Positions 1 through 11,191 of a DNA stretch of 60,041 bases are shown in pieces. The number at the start of each line of letters is the position of its first letter. Position 1 is the first letter of the stretch. Under the pieces are notes generated by a model. It was not told the origin of the DNA and did no database searches. It saw only the letters and a program-made list of their open reading frames with translations. Origin of the DNA: an uncultured bacterium (lineage in GTDB: Bacteria > Bacillota > Bacilli > Lactobacillales > Streptococcaceae); NCBI GenBank assembly GCA_963508345.1, contig CAUOWW010000001.1, positions 1-60,041 of the forward strand, in the 5' to 3' direction. Made by a program: the position numbers and the translations under genes.

Positions 1-401
1 ATAAACTAACAAGCTTACTAAACTATTGATAAAAGAATCTTCTTCAATTATTCTTTACCATCCCGCATCAAATCTAAATTTTAACATATTATTACTCCTC
101 TAAATGAAATATTATGAAAATGAGCGAAATGCAACTACATATTTTAATTAGAAATCTCAGTCTGAATTATAGTATCCTATTTTTTCCTCCTTTCTAACTG
201 CACGTTCCTTTCTACAGGCAGAGACCTAATTTTATAAACTAATCTTAAATACTTTAGATTTTGTAACTCATAATTTTCAACAGTTGGTTAGCTATGAAAG
301 CATTTTATCAAACATTTCCATTCTGATATCTATCTGGTATTGTTACAAGCTCTCATAAGAATACCTTTCTCTAAATAGTTGAATTTTAAAGTAATACGAA
401 A

Positions 402-572
402 TCAATCAGCCTTCCCAACATCAAGACCATTGGACTTCTTTTGTGATTGCACTCGAATCTCCAATTGCTTATTCTTCTGAATGAATTGTTGTTAAGGAAT
501 TTTATTACTAAACATAAAAACACCTAGTAATGCAAATGTAACTAATTTTTTAATTCCACGTTTTTTTCTCAT
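402..572 (-). pseudogene. phrA: PhrA peptide pheromone precursor with premature stop at codon 27
   Basis: Manual translation MRKKRGIKKLVTFALLGVFMFSNKIP*QQFIQKNKQLEIRVQSQKKSNGLDVGKAD* matches pneumococcal PhrA as I recall it; in-frame TAA at 492-494; divergent from tprA. Confidence 0.9.
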
Positions 573-700
573 GCAATGAAACCCCTTTCTGTTTCCTTAT
601 TTTTATTTTAACAGATATATTTTATTTAGCCAAGCGTTTTTATGTATTTTTTTAATTTTTTTATTTTTTATTACCATATAGAATTATTTATTTCTTTAAC

Positions 701-729
701 TTGCTATTTTGAACTAAAAATTTTATAAT
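701..729 (+). promoter_or_regulatory. sigma70-type promoter of tprA
   Basis: TTGCTA-17 nt-TATAAT upstream of ATG at 764. Confidence 0.65.
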
Positions 730-763
730 GAAATTAAGCAAATAGGAAGGATTATTATCTTTA

Positions 764-1627
764 ATGAATACACTCGCAGAGAAATTCAGATTGAAAAGAA
801 AAGAGTTGAGACTCTCCCAACAAACTCTTGCAGAAGGAATTTGTGAACAAAGCCAGATTAGTAAAATTGAGAGAGGGCATTTCATTCCCTCAGCAGACCT
901 TTTGTTCAAACTCTCACAACGGCTCGAAGTGCCATTAGATTATTTTTTTAATGAACAAATTGAAATTAAATCTAACCTCTCTAATTTCAAGCAATTATCT
1001 GCTCGACTATTAGATGACAGAAATTATGATAATTTGGAATATATTTATAGAATAGAGATTGAACGAAGTACTTTTCTAACACTAGAAGACCGAACTTATC
1101 TTGAATGGATTAAAGCTATTATTGACTTCTATCAATATGACAGTAAGTGTGAGGCAATTTCTTCATTGGAAAATATATTATTAAAAGTCTCCTCAAATAC
1201 TCTGATTTATTTAAAGGCATTGAATACTCTATCTAATTTCTATTCCTTAGTGGGTCGTGAACAAGAATATGAGGCAAACTACTCTCATTTGATGGAGTTA
1301 TATCAGACAAAAAATTTTGAGTATCAAGAGTTTTTATTTGGCTACATCAGAGTTCGTTACAACTACGCTCACTACCTAGTGTCAAAGGAAAAATATAACG
1401 AAGCCATCCAAGAAGCTCTTGAGACGATTGAACTCTGTAAACAAAGACAGACAAGCTACCAACTGGCTCCCTTACTTATTCTTGTAGGAAATGCTGGAGC
1501 CAAATTTCTAGACAAAGAACAAGTCAAAAATTATTATATAGAAGCAAGAGAGTTATGTAAGATTTATAACAATCCTTTAATGTTGATGAAGATAGAAAAT
1601 TATTTGAAGGAATTAGATACTGTTTAG
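764..1627 (+). CDS. tprA: PlcR/TprA-family (RRNPP) transcriptional regulator, XRE HTH plus TPR domain
   Basis: 287 aa; HTH (LSQQTLAEGICEQSQISKIERG), helical TPR C-terminus; divergent phrA-like gene. Confidence 0.88.
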   Translation: MNTLAEKFRLKRKELRLSQQTLAEGICEQSQISKIERGHFIPSADLLFKLSQRLEVPLDYFFNEQIEIKSNLSNFKQLSARLLDDRNYDNLEYIYRIEIERSTFLTLEDRTYLEWIKAIIDFYQYDSKCEAISSLENILLKVSSNTLIYLKALNTLSNFYSLVGREQEYEANYSHLMELYQTKNFEYQEFLFGYIRVRYNYAHYLVSKEKYNEAIQEALETIELCKQRQTSYQLAPLLILVGNAGAKFLDKEQVKNYYIEARELCKIYNNPLMLMKIENYLKELDTV

Positions 1628-1671
1628 TTAATCTTGACATTATAGTTTTTCTGAAACGTTAAATAACCTGT

Positions 1672-1704
1672 AAGGCTGATAGTGAAATTAATACTATCAG
1701 CCTT
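1672..1704. terminator. Stem-loop after tprA
   Basis: AAGGCTGATAGT...ACTATCAGCCTT inverted repeat between convergent genes. Confidence 0.6.
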
Positions 1705-1726
1705 ATAATTATGTGACTATTAGTCC

Positions 1727-1777
1727 GTCTCGCTCCGTTAGGTGCGAGACAAAAAAACCACCCGCTATGCGGGTGGT
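1727..1777. mobile_element. Possible IS200/IS605-type terminal hairpin remnant
   Basis: Two GC-rich hairpins, GTCTCGC..GCGAGAC and ACCACCCGC-TAT-GCGGGTGGT, in AT-rich DNA; no transposase nearby. Confidence 0.4.
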
Positions 1778-1824
1778 CATGATTTACGAGTAAATTCAAG
1801 TTCGATCTGATAAAAACAACTAAA

Positions 1825-4533
1825 TTACTCTACAGATTTCAAGGCTTCAAGCATATCAACCTTTCTCAGATGGCGATTAACAAGGAAACCAAGCAAGGTT
1901 AAAATGGTGCTTACTGCTACCACTGGGATTACATAGACTTCCCAACCTACCTGCGGATAAAAGAGAATAGTCGCAGGCGAAATCATTTGAATCAAAAATT
2001 GATGTAAATAGAAACCAGCTACTAGACCAAGGACGATTCCCACAAGGGACAGCACAATCGTCTCACGGTAAATGTAGAGGGTGACTTCATTATTATGAAA
2101 ACCGAGAACCTTGATAGTGGATAGTTCACGGATTCTCTCAGCTACGTTGATATTGGTCAGATTGTAAAGGATAACAATAGCTAATAGAACCGATACGATA
2201 ACTAAGATAGTCATGGTCTGATTGAGTGAGCTAGCGACAGAGTCAAAGAGCCGAATGGCTGAAGCATTCTGGACAACGCTGGACACCGCAGCTTGATTCA
2301 TAAGTAAACCTGCCTGCCTTTCAATACTAGTAGCACTAGAATCCTTTAGCGAGACCAGATAAGTATTGGCTTGGGCTAGTTGTCCGTAAATTTGCTCATA
2401 GCTAGCCTGACTCATATAAATAAAGTGACCAACGTAGTTCTCAGCAATAGAAGCAACCTTTAGCTCCTTACCTTCAATTTCTAGAGTCTGCCCAACCTTG
2501 ACACCTGCCAGCTGGGCTAGTTTAGCTGTAATAACGACGCCATCTTTTAATGTCAGCTCCTGCTGATGATTTTGCAGATGGATAAAAGGAGTCAAATCTT
2601 CCTTATCTGTCATCATAAGAGTAATAGTTTGAAGACCAGCCTTACCTTTGAAATCCTTGTCTAGCGTTTTAGAATAGATTTTCTGGTAGGCTTTGATGTC
2701 CTGCCCTTTCAATACTTCTTCTAGCTCTGCCTTGTCCTGATTGGTCGCACTAGGATTTTCAGAGACAATCATCTGATACTGTTGGATTTGTTGAAACTGT
2801 CTAGACGGAACTCCTGCTACAGAGGATTGGATTCCCAAACCTGCAAAAAGCAGGGCTACAGAACCAGCCACACCAAAGATCGTCATCAACATCCGCTGCT
2901 TATAACGGAAGATATTGCGAGCTGTTACCTTATGAGTAAAACTGAGACGGCGCCAGATAAAACCGATGCGCTCCAGTAAGATTTTAGCCCCTTTAACAGG
3001 AGGTTTAGGCAGTAAAAGCTGGGCTGCTTCATCATGAAGTTCCCTCCTAGCCACCAGATAGGCTGGTAACACACTCGCCAACCAACTCAAGATAAGAGCC
3101 AGTAAGCTATAGGTCCAATAGAACTGAATCTGGGTTTCTCCCACCACCATGCCTTTTGTAATGACACTTGAAATCACACCGGCTAGTAAATAATGTCCAA
3201 GTATGCTACCTAGAGCCGTTCCGACAGTCCCAGCTACTAGGCCGTAAAGGAGAAACTTGGCGATAATATCCTTGCTACGATAGCCCAAGGCCTTAAAAAT
3301 CCCAGCATGTGTTCGCTCTTCATCCACAAAGCGAGTCATGGTCGTAAAGGTCACCATGGCTGCTACGGCATAAAGCACCACAGGAAAGATATTGCCCACT
3401 GCTCGAATACTGGATGAAGCATTGCTATACATGAGATAGCCCTGACCACCTGGTATGGTCTGACGATTATAGACCTGATACCTTGGCTCAGCCAAATCAT
3501 CCAAAACTTGCTGATGTTTTTCTAGTTTTTCCTTTTCTTGGGCTAGATTTTGTTCAGCCTGCTTTAGTTTGTCCTCTTCCTTGCCCAATTCCTGCTTGGC
3601 TTGGGTAAATTGAGCACGGGCCTGGTCTCTTTGAGCTTGAGGAAGCAAGGCTAGTTGACTTTCTTGAGCCTGTATACGAGCTTGAGCAGTTGCTAAACGA
3701 CGCTTGCCTTCCTGCAAATTAGTCTCAGACTTGTCAAGGGTCTCTTGGCCTTTGTCTAGAGACTCTTGGCCTTCTTTTTTCAAGAGTTGCAGACGTGCCT
3801 TGCCATTATCTGACAAAGCTTGTTCAAGGTCTTCCTGATGTTGCTTGGATTTTTCTTCATAATCTGATGAAAAGGCATTTAAACCTGCTAAATCTTGATA
3901 TTTCAAACGAGCTATATTGTAGACTTTCTGTTCAAACTGACTAGATAAAATCACCCCATAGGCTGTCAGAGTCCCACTTCCACTTCCTGCGTAGCCCATA
4001 TCTCGCTGGGAGAGGATTTCAGCTGAATCCACAAAACCAGTAATGGTATAAGTATGGTCTTTTAAAGAGGAATGACCCTCTTCTTTTTCTTCAAAGATAA
4101 TCTCCTGTCCCATGCTGTATTGGCCTTGCAAATGACTGACCAAAGCGATTTCCTGATCTGACTGAGGAAGTCGTCCCTCTCTTAGCTGAAAGATTGAAAT
4201 TCGATCTGGTTTGGAGTACAGCCGAATGGCATCCTGCCCATTATCCATAGTCACATCTGTCAAATAGCCAAACTCAACCTCTGCGCCCTCTATCTGTTCT
4301 AGTTCTTCTTGATCTGTTTGATCCAAACCATAATTAGACATAACTGCCAAATCCAAGGTTTGAGCAGTTGTTAAATAAGCATTAGCTGTCGCCTCCATGT
4401 TGGGACTGGTTACTTTGAGGCCTACTAAGGCTAGAGACCCTAACATCATCAGGGTCATGATGGATAAAAAACGCCCCTTGGAGCCTGTGAAGGACTGAAT
4501 TAAGTCCTTCCAATAGGTTTTTCGCTTGATCAT
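1825..4533 (-). CDS. FtsX-like ABC transporter permease
   Basis: Two FtsX-type TM modules (EERTHAGIFKALG, ERIRELSTIKVLG) and a coiled coil; start set at MIKRKTY just after the ATPase stop. Confidence 0.9.
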   Translation of the reverse strand: MIKRKTYWKDLIQSFTGSKGRFLSIMTLMMLGSLALVGLKVTSPNMEATANAYLTTAQTLDLAVMSNYGLDQTDQEELEQIEGAEVEFGYLTDVTMDNGQDAIRLYSKPDRISIFQLREGRLPQSDQEIALVSHLQGQYSMGQEIIFEEKEEGHSSLKDHTYTITGFVDSAEILSQRDMGYAGSGSGTLTAYGVILSSQFEQKVYNIARLKYQDLAGLNAFSSDYEEKSKQHQEDLEQALSDNGKARLQLLKKEGQESLDKGQETLDKSETNLQEGKRRLATAQARIQAQESQLALLPQAQRDQARAQFTQAKQELGKEEDKLKQAEQNLAQEKEKLEKHQQVLDDLAEPRYQVYNRQTIPGGQGYLMYSNASSSIRAVGNIFPVVLYAVAAMVTFTTMTRFVDEERTHAGIFKALGYRSKDIIAKFLLYGLVAGTVGTALGSILGHYLLAGVISSVITKGMVVGETQIQFYWTYSLLALILSWLASVLPAYLVARRELHDEAAQLLLPKPPVKGAKILLERIGFIWRRLSFTHKVTARNIFRYKQRMLMTIFGVAGSVALLFAGLGIQSSVAGVPSRQFQQIQQYQMIVSENPSATNQDKAELEEVLKGQDIKAYQKIYSKTLDKDFKGKAGLQTITLMMTDKEDLTPFIHLQNHQQELTLKDGVVITAKLAQLAGVKVGQTLEIEGKELKVASIAENYVGHFIYMSQASYEQIYGQLAQANTYLVSLKDSSATSIERQAGLLMNQAAVSSVVQNASAIRLFDSVASSLNQTMTILVIVSVLLAIVILYNLTNINVAERIRELSTIKVLGFHNNEVTLYIYRETIVLSLVGIVLGLVAGFYLHQFLIQMISPATILFYPQVGWEVYVIPVVAVSTILTLLGFLVNRHLRKVDMLEALKSVE

Positions 4534-4534
4534 G

Positions 4535-5236
4535 CTAGTACTCCAAACTGTCAATATCCTGAGGATGCTGGTTGACCACCACATCCTTGACACTGGCATC
4601 GTGCATATGAATTACGCGATCAGCAATGGGCGCTAAAGCTCCATTATGAGTCACGATGATCACCGTCGCTCCCTTTTGACGAGACATGTCTTGGAGAATC
4701 TTCAAGACTTGCTTGCCTGTCTGATAATCCAAGGCTCCAGTCGGTTCATCACAAAGGAGGATTTTAGGATTTTTGGCTACCGCGCGTGCAATGGAGACTC
4801 GCTGTTGCTCCCCTCCAGAAAGCTGAGCTGGAAAATTATTGAAACGATGAGCCAGACCTACATCTGTCAAGACCTGCTCAGAATCCAAGGCATCCGTCAC
4901 GATTTCAGAAGCCAGTTCCACATTTTCCTTAGCAGTTAGATTGGACACTAGATTGTAAAACTGAAAAACAAAACCGACATCGTTGCGGCGGTAATTGGTT
5001 CGCTGGTGGGAACTATAGTCTGCAATATTGACACCATCAATCCAGATTTCCCCGTCGTCATTGGTATCCATGCCTCCAAGAAGGTTAAGAACTGTTGACT
5101 TGCCTGCACCTGATGCACCTAGAATGATGACCAACTCGCCTTCTTCAATTTCAAAATTCACATCACGATTGGCCACAATCTCCGTGTCCCCAACCTGATA
5201 ACACTTGTAACAGTGTTTCATCTCAATATAAGCCAT
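4535..5236 (-). CDS. ABC transporter ATP-binding protein (LolD/MacB-like)
   Basis: [24 protein letters not shown] motifs. Confidence 0.93.
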   Translation of the reverse strand: MAYIEMKHCYKCYQVGDTEIVANRDVNFEIEEGELVIILGASGAGKSTVLNLLGGMDTNDDGEIWIDGVNIADYSSHQRTNYRRNDVGFVFQFYNLVSNLTAKENVELASEIVTDALDSEQVLTDVGLAHRFNNFPAQLSGGEQQRVSIARAVAKNPKILLCDEPTGALDYQTGKQVLKILQDMSRQKGATVIIVTHNGALAPIADRVIHMHDASVKDVVVNQHPQDIDSLEY

Positions 5237-5350
5237 CATCAACCTCACTTTCTTTAACTACTTCTTAATATCATTATAACGCTTTTTCAAAGAGTTGGAT
5301 ACTAGAATAAAAAGAAAAACCTAGGTATTCCTAGGCTTTCTTTTTACAAA

Positions 5351-6043
5351 TTATTTTCCAAGGTAGTATTCAGAAACTACGTTCAATTTTTCGTCGAATT
5401 CGAATACCAATGGTGGGAAGTTAGGGATTTCCACGTCCATGATTTCGTCATCTGACAAACCTTTGATGTGTTTTACAAGGGCACGGATTGAGTTACCGTG
5501 AGCTCCTACGAATACGTTTTTACCATCTTTAAGAGCTGGAGCGATTTTATCTTCCCAGAATGGAAGGGCACGTTCCAAAGTCACTTTCAAGTTTTCAGCA
5601 TCTGGGATTACTGAGTCGTCAAGTGAAGCGTAACGACGGTCTGTGTGAGCTGAATGCTCATCATCACGATCCATGTTTGGAGGCAATACATCGTATGAAC
5701 GACGCCAGATGTGAACTTGCTCATCACCAAATTGTTCAGCAGCTTCAGCTTTGTTTTTACCAGTCAAACCACCGTAGTGACGTTCGTTCAAGCGCCATGA
5801 TTTTTCAACTGGAACCCAAAGTTGGTCAGATGCTTCAAGAGCCAAGTTAGTTGTTTTGATCGCACGTTTCAATACTGAAGTGTAAGCTTGGTCAAATTCG
5901 ATACCAGCTTCTTTGATCAATTTACCAGCGTCAATCGCTTGTTGTGTACCTTTTTCAGACAAATCAACATCAGCCCAACCAGTGAAAAGGTTAGCTTTGT
6001 TCCATTCAGACTCACCGTGGCGAGCAAAAACCAATTTTACCAT
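5351..6043 (-). CDS. gpmA: 2,3-BPG-dependent phosphoglycerate mutase
   Basis: [20 protein letters not shown] motifs; 230 aa. Confidence 0.97.
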   Translation of the reverse strand: MVKLVFARHGESEWNKANLFTGWADVDLSEKGTQQAIDAGKLIKEAGIEFDQAYTSVLKRAIKTTNLALEASDQLWVPVEKSWRLNERHYGGLTGKNKAEAAEQFGDEQVHIWRRSYDVLPPNMDRDDEHSAHTDRRYASLDDSVIPDAENLKVTLERALPFWEDKIAPALKDGKNVFVGAHGNSIRALVKHIKGLSDDEIMDVEIPNFPPLVFEFDEKLNVVSEYYLGK

Positions 6044-6188
6044 TAGATGGATTCTCCTTTAAATTTTCCGAGGTTTCCCCTCGTTTATCTATTCTATTTT
6101 ACACAATTTTTCACAAAAAAGCTAGTCAAAACCAAAAAGGAAAGGACTGTTTGGCAATCCTTTTCCTTCTTAGTATCATACAACAACC

Positions 6189-8981
6189 TTATTTCTCTTC
6201 AAATCCTTCTGCGACTGCTTCTGCAAAGTTTTCTTCTACGATACTTGCACAGTGGTCACAGATAACTGCCTGGTAGCTACGTTCTGCTGTTGTTGGGTCG
6301 ATACGACGGCAACGGTCACATACTTGGCCTGCAGCGCGTTCAACAGTGAAGGCTACATCTTCAAAGCTAACGGCAACTTCTGGAGCTGGTCCTTCTGCAA
6401 TAGTCAAGTCTGACACGATTAAAAGTTGAGCCACATTGCTGTTTACTGCTTCGAGCAGAGTTTTCACCACTTCATTTGGATAAACTGTCAAGTGGGCTTC
6501 AAGTGATTTACCGATTACTTTTGCATTACGAGCTTCTTCCAAGGCTTTTTGAGCTTGTCCACGGAAGTCCATGAAGGCTGCCCATGTATCCAAGATTTCC
6601 TCTTGGTTAGCAAATGTTTGAGCTTCTGGCAATTCTGACAATTGAACGAAGTCTTCAGCTTCAAACTCAAGATATGACCAGATTTCTTCCGCAGTGTGAG
6701 GAAGGATTGGTGTCAAGAGTTTCGTAATTTTCACAAGAATGTCATAGAAGACAGTCTGCATTTGACGGCGTTCCAATGATTTGGCACCTTCGATGTAAAC
6801 AACATCTTTAGCAAAATCAAGGTAGAAGGCTGACAAGTCAACGTTGATAAAGTTCACCAAGGCCTTGTAGATTGTCAAGAATTCAAAGTTAGCATAGGCA
6901 TCACGAATGGTCTTGACAAGCTGGTTAAAGCGAATCGTCATATACTTATCAACTGAACGAAGCTCATCGTAAGCTACTGAATCTTGAGTTGGGTTAAAGT
7001 CAGATGTATTGGCAATCAAGAAACGAAGGGTGTTACGGATCTTACGGTAAGTTTCAGAGACTTGGCTCAAGATATCCATAGAGATACGTACGTCATTGCT
7101 TGAGTCAACACTTGTTACCCAGAGACGCAAGATTTCCGCACCAAATTGTTTTTCAACATCGCTTGGAGCAATGGTATTTCCAAGAGATTTAGACATCTTC
7201 TCACCTTTACCATCAAGGGCAAAACCTTGTGACAAGATTTGTTTGTAAGGTGCTACGCCATGGTTGGCAACAGATGTGATGAGTGATGAGTTGAACCAAC
7301 CACGGTATTGGTCAGAACCTTCTAGGTAAAGGTCTGCTGGGTAAGTCAACTCAGGACGGTTTACTACGACTCCATTCCATGATGAACCTGAGTCAAACCA
7401 AACGTCCATGATATCTGTTTCTTTCTTGAACTCGCCATTTGGTGAGCCTGGGTGGCTAAATCCTTCTGGCAAGAGGTCCTTAGCATCACGTTCCCACCAA
7501 ATGCTTGAACCATGTTCCTCAAAGAGTTGAGCCACGTGTTCAATAGTTTCAGCAGTCATAATCGCTGTACCGTCTTCAGCGTAGAAGATAGGAAGTGGAA
7601 CACCCCAAGCACGTTGACGAGAGATAACCCAGTCGCCACGGTCACGAATCATATTGTAAAGACGAACTTTACCCCATTCTGAGTGGAATTTCACTTTTTC
7701 AATTTCGTCCAAGATTTCTTGGCGGAATTTAGAAACTGAGGCAAACCATTGTGGTACTGCACGCCAGATGATTGGTTTCTTAGTACGCCAGTCAAATGGG
7801 TATGAGTGAGAGATTTCTTCTTGGGCAAGAAGGAGGTTACCAAGTTTTTCGATAACAGTTGGAACTACCTTTTCATAGAATTGACCTTCAAACTCAGGAC
7901 CAGCATTCTTCATCATGATACCACGTTCGTCAACAGTGACTGCGACTTCAAGACCATTAGCAATACCAACATTGTAGTCGTCCTCACCGAAACCTGGGGC
8001 TGTATGGACAATACCTGTACCAGAGTCAGTTGTAACGTGGTCACCAAGGATAACCAATTCATCTACAGCTGTATCCCATGGATGTTCTGTTACGATGTGG
8101 TTCAATTCTTGACCACGGTAAGTTGCCAACACTTGAACATCAGCCCAACCAAATTTCCCAGACAAGCTAGTCAACAATTCTGCAGCAACGACAAACTTAC
8201 GAGCTTCACCAGCAGGTTGAACCAAGACGTAATCAATATCCGCTCCAACAGTCAAACCACGAGAAGCTGTGATAGTAAATGGAGTAGTTGTCCAAACAAC
8301 GATATAAGTATCTGTATCTAGAACACCTTTGCCATCTTTTACCTTGTTGGCATAGTAAAGGGAAGTTGAAACCAAGTCATGGTATTCAATCTCCGCTTCA
8401 GCAAGAGCCGACTCAGATGACCAAGACCAGTAAACTGGCTTTGCACCACGGTAGATATAACCTTTATTAGCCATCTCACCAAATACACGGATTTGAGCTG
8501 CTTCATAGTCAGGAGTCAAAGTCACATATGGATTTTCCCAGTCACCAGAAACACCCAAACGTTTAAAGTCTTCACGTTGTTTATCTACTTGAGAAAGAGC
8601 GTATTCGCGGCAAAGTTTCAAGTACTCAACCAAGTCCATTTCTTTGCGTTTAACACCTTGTTTTGCCAAAACTTGCTCGATTGGCAGACCATGAGTATCC
8701 CAACCTGGGATAAATGGTGCATAAAAACCTGACATTGATTTTGAGCGAACAATGATATCTTTTGAAATCTTGTTCATAGCATGTCCAACGTGGATATTTC
8801 CGTTAGCGTATGGAGGGCCATCATGCAAGGTGAAATGAGGTTTTCCTTGGTTCAATTCTTGACGACGTTGGTAAAGTTTTGCATCTTCCCATTCCTTTTG
8901 CCAAACTGGCTCTTTGGTAGGAAGGCCTGCACGCATTGGGAAAGCTGTTTTCCCAAGGTTAAGAGTATCTTTGAGTTTCAT
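6189..8981 (-). CDS. ileS: Isoleucine--tRNA ligase
   Basis: [11 protein letters not shown] (HIGH-like), KMSKS, C-terminal Zn finger; 930 aa. Confidence 0.98.
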   Translation of the reverse strand: MKLKDTLNLGKTAFPMRAGLPTKEPVWQKEWEDAKLYQRRQELNQGKPHFTLHDGPPYANGNIHVGHAMNKISKDIIVRSKSMSGFYAPFIPGWDTHGLPIEQVLAKQGVKRKEMDLVEYLKLCREYALSQVDKQREDFKRLGVSGDWENPYVTLTPDYEAAQIRVFGEMANKGYIYRGAKPVYWSWSSESALAEAEIEYHDLVSTSLYYANKVKDGKGVLDTDTYIVVWTTTPFTITASRGLTVGADIDYVLVQPAGEARKFVVAAELLTSLSGKFGWADVQVLATYRGQELNHIVTEHPWDTAVDELVILGDHVTTDSGTGIVHTAPGFGEDDYNVGIANGLEVAVTVDERGIMMKNAGPEFEGQFYEKVVPTVIEKLGNLLLAQEEISHSYPFDWRTKKPIIWRAVPQWFASVSKFRQEILDEIEKVKFHSEWGKVRLYNMIRDRGDWVISRQRAWGVPLPIFYAEDGTAIMTAETIEHVAQLFEEHGSSIWWERDAKDLLPEGFSHPGSPNGEFKKETDIMDVWFDSGSSWNGVVVNRPELTYPADLYLEGSDQYRGWFNSSLITSVANHGVAPYKQILSQGFALDGKGEKMSKSLGNTIAPSDVEKQFGAEILRLWVTSVDSSNDVRISMDILSQVSETYRKIRNTLRFLIANTSDFNPTQDSVAYDELRSVDKYMTIRFNQLVKTIRDAYANFEFLTIYKALVNFINVDLSAFYLDFAKDVVYIEGAKSLERRQMQTVFYDILVKITKLLTPILPHTAEEIWSYLEFEAEDFVQLSELPEAQTFANQEEILDTWAAFMDFRGQAQKALEEARNAKVIGKSLEAHLTVYPNEVVKTLLEAVNSNVAQLLIVSDLTIAEGPAPEVAVSFEDVAFTVERAAGQVCDRCRRIDPTTAERSYQAVICDHCASIVEENFAEAVAEGFEEK

Positions 8982-9011
8982 GGTATCTCCTTTATAAATA
9001 ATAATAATAAA

Positions 9012-9215
9012 TTAAAAACCACGACTGCCAAAAAGGACGAAAATCGTGGTACCACCTTTATTTGGAAAAAGATTTAGTCTTTCTCCCTCTTATCCCGTAA
9101 CGTGGGGAACGTCAAATCTTACTCCATTCAGACTTGATTGTTTGAGAGGATAATCTTATCATTAGGGATTACAGGACTCACACCATCTCCTGCTCGCTGG
9201 AAATATAAGGATAAG
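9012..9215 (-). promoter_or_regulatory. T-box riboswitch leader of ileS
   Basis: Minus-strand AAGGTGGTACCACG T-box (9045-9058), CGTCCTT antiterminator and U-tailed terminator; AGCGAG/TGGTG-TGAG stem I motifs with a candidate ATC specifier. Confidence 0.85.
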
Positions 9216-9236
9216 ATATTGTTCTCAGATTATTTC

Positions 9237-10118
9237 TTATAAAATTGTAACAGATTCTTGCGGAGCCGTAAAACCTGATTCTGAGTGTACAGCTTCAGTA
9301 GCGGGTGTTGGACCTGAGTAATGGCTTGGGACTACTTCTGGCTCTTCATACATTGGACCAACTGGATGAGCTGGACTTTCTTCAACAATCGGAGCTGGAG
9401 CTGGTGAAACCATTTGTTCCTGCTCGGCTCTTGCTTCGACTTCTGCAAGTTCCTTATTAGCTGCTTCGATACGAGCCTGTAACTCTGCCATTTCTTCTGG
9501 AGAAAACTGGCGAGTAATATCAATTGGTTCTTCCTCTGGATGTTGTTGCAAGACAGAATCACCTAAAACTTCGCTTACCACTTCTTTGAAGGCCTCATCA
9601 CTTGTTTGAAGATAAGTCGCTGTTGGGCGAAGAATATCTTCCCAATCTGAAGATTCAACAATTGCTAACTGGCTCTCAATTGTAGATTTGAGACGTTGGT
9701 GGAAGACACGGCTCTTGTTCTTCAATTCTTCTGTTTCAACAGCAACTTTCTTAGCATTATCAGTTGCGTGACGAAGAATTTCATTTGCCTTGTACTTAGC
9801 TTCTTCCAATAAACGTTGTGCATCTTGCTCTGCTTGATGGATAATATTGTTTGAACGTTCAGCTGCAGCTTGTTTTACTCGTTCAGCTGTATCTTGTGCA
9901 ATCAATACAGACTGGCTTAATGAATCTTTCATCTCATCAAAGTAAGACAAACGATCTTCTAAACTCTTAATATGTAAATCCTTATCATGATTAGAGCGGA
10001 CTAAATCTTCATAATCACGGACTACAATATCTAAAAACTCATCTACTTCTTCTTGATCAAACCCTCTGAAGCGTGTGCTAAAGGTTTTATCTTTGATTTC
10101 TAACGATGTAATTGGCAT
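9237..10118 (-). CDS. divIVA: Cell division protein DivIVA
   Basis: MPITSLEIKDKTF..RGFDQEEVDEFLD; coiled coil; dcw context. Confidence 0.96.
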   Translation of the reverse strand: MPITSLEIKDKTFSTRFRGFDQEEVDEFLDIVVRDYEDLVRSNHDKDLHIKSLEDRLSYFDEMKDSLSQSVLIAQDTAERVKQAAAERSNNIIHQAEQDAQRLLEEAKYKANEILRHATDNAKKVAVETEELKNKSRVFHQRLKSTIESQLAIVESSDWEDILRPTATYLQTSDEAFKEVVSEVLGDSVLQQHPEEEPIDITRQFSPEEMAELQARIEAANKELAEVEARAEQEQMVSPAPAPIVEESPAHPVGPMYEEPEVVPSHYSGPTPATEAVHSESGFTAPQESVTIL

Positions 10119-10126
10119 ATTTTTCC

Positions 10127-10931
10127 TCACTTACTTAATAACAATTGGACCGTTAATTTCTTTTTATCTTTTCTTGTTTGCCCATTATCTCTAATGAGTT
10201 TCAATCGACCAAATTTCCTTACACTAACCAAATTTCCTTACACTAACCAAATCACCAACTTGAACCATATAATCTGATTTTTCAACTAAATGGTAATTAA
10301 CTTGGACTGCCTGTTTTTCAATTAACTGACTTGTCTGATTTCTAGACAGTTTGAAGACACCTGCTAGAAAAACATCTAATCTAGAACTAGCGATACAAAT
10401 ATCTAATTCTTGATAATCTTCTACTGTAGCAATTTTCTCAGTAAAATCTCGCTCTTCTAGACGAACCGGTAAACGAGCAATTTTAGTAATGCCGTCTTGA
10501 AAAAGGAGCATAAATTGTCGATTAATGATAATCTGTGCCCTCTCTTCGTTAACCAAGATATCACCAAATAGCTTTCTATCAATTCCCAGCTGATTTAAAA
10601 CAGTTCCTAATATTTTTGCATGTGTTAATCGTTCAAACTTATTAGGATAAACTATTTCCTGCAAGGATAGTTCAAAATCAGTGAATTCAGGCTCAAAATA
10701 ATCAGGATACAGGAGTATCCGTACATATTCAGTTTCAAGAAACTGCCGACTGCTCATGTAGGAGATGCCGTTCGTTGATGCTAGAACTTTTAAAATCTTT
10801 TCTTGATGAGGATTTACAAAGGGGCTTAAAAAAGGAGAATAAGAATCTTCTACCTTTTTTATCCATTCTACTCCCTTATCAATAAAAGACGAATCATTCT
10901 TAGAAAAGTGTTGATAAATCATCTTGTTCAT
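10127..10931 (-). pseudogene. ylmH: YlmH S4-domain RNA-binding protein, frameshifted by a 19-bp tandem duplication (235 aa instead of 261)
   Basis: S4 motif SSRLDVFLAGVFKLSR; ACCAAATTTCCTTACACTA at 10208-10226 and 10227-10245 creates TAG; the native tail continues to TGA at 10127-10129. Confidence 0.88.
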
Positions 10932-11191
10932 AGAAAAATCACTAAAAGTCGAATCAATTGGTTCCCTATAAAATGTACTAATAATACCGCAATCCAGACA
11001 GACAAGTCAAGACCTGCAATCTGAAGGGGTAAGCGTTGTAAAGGAGCTATTATCGGTTTCACTAAGCTAATAATCAAGCGACCTAGCCGTGACTCATAAG
11101 CATTTGGGAACCAAGACATCAGAGCAAAAACGACTAAAATCAGTGAATAGATATCCACTGCATTTTGAATAAAACGAATGAGAAAGAGCAT
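10928..11191 (-). CDS. ylmG: YggT-family membrane protein YlmG
   Basis: 87 aa, hydrophobic, MSWFP and GLDLS motifs; dcw context. Confidence 0.92.
   Translation of the reverse strand: MLFLIRFIQNAVDIYSLILVVFALMSWFPNAYESRLGRLIISLVKPIIAPLQRLPLQIAGLDLSVWIAVLLVHFIGNQLIRLLVIFL

Noticed and set aside
688..909. 73-aa minus-strand ORF over the tprA start
   Set aside because: Antisense shadow of tprA with no recognisable motif
9237..9460. Pro/Glu-rich C-terminal extension of DivIVA (293 aa)
   Set aside because: Low-complexity variable tail, plausibly ordinary species variation
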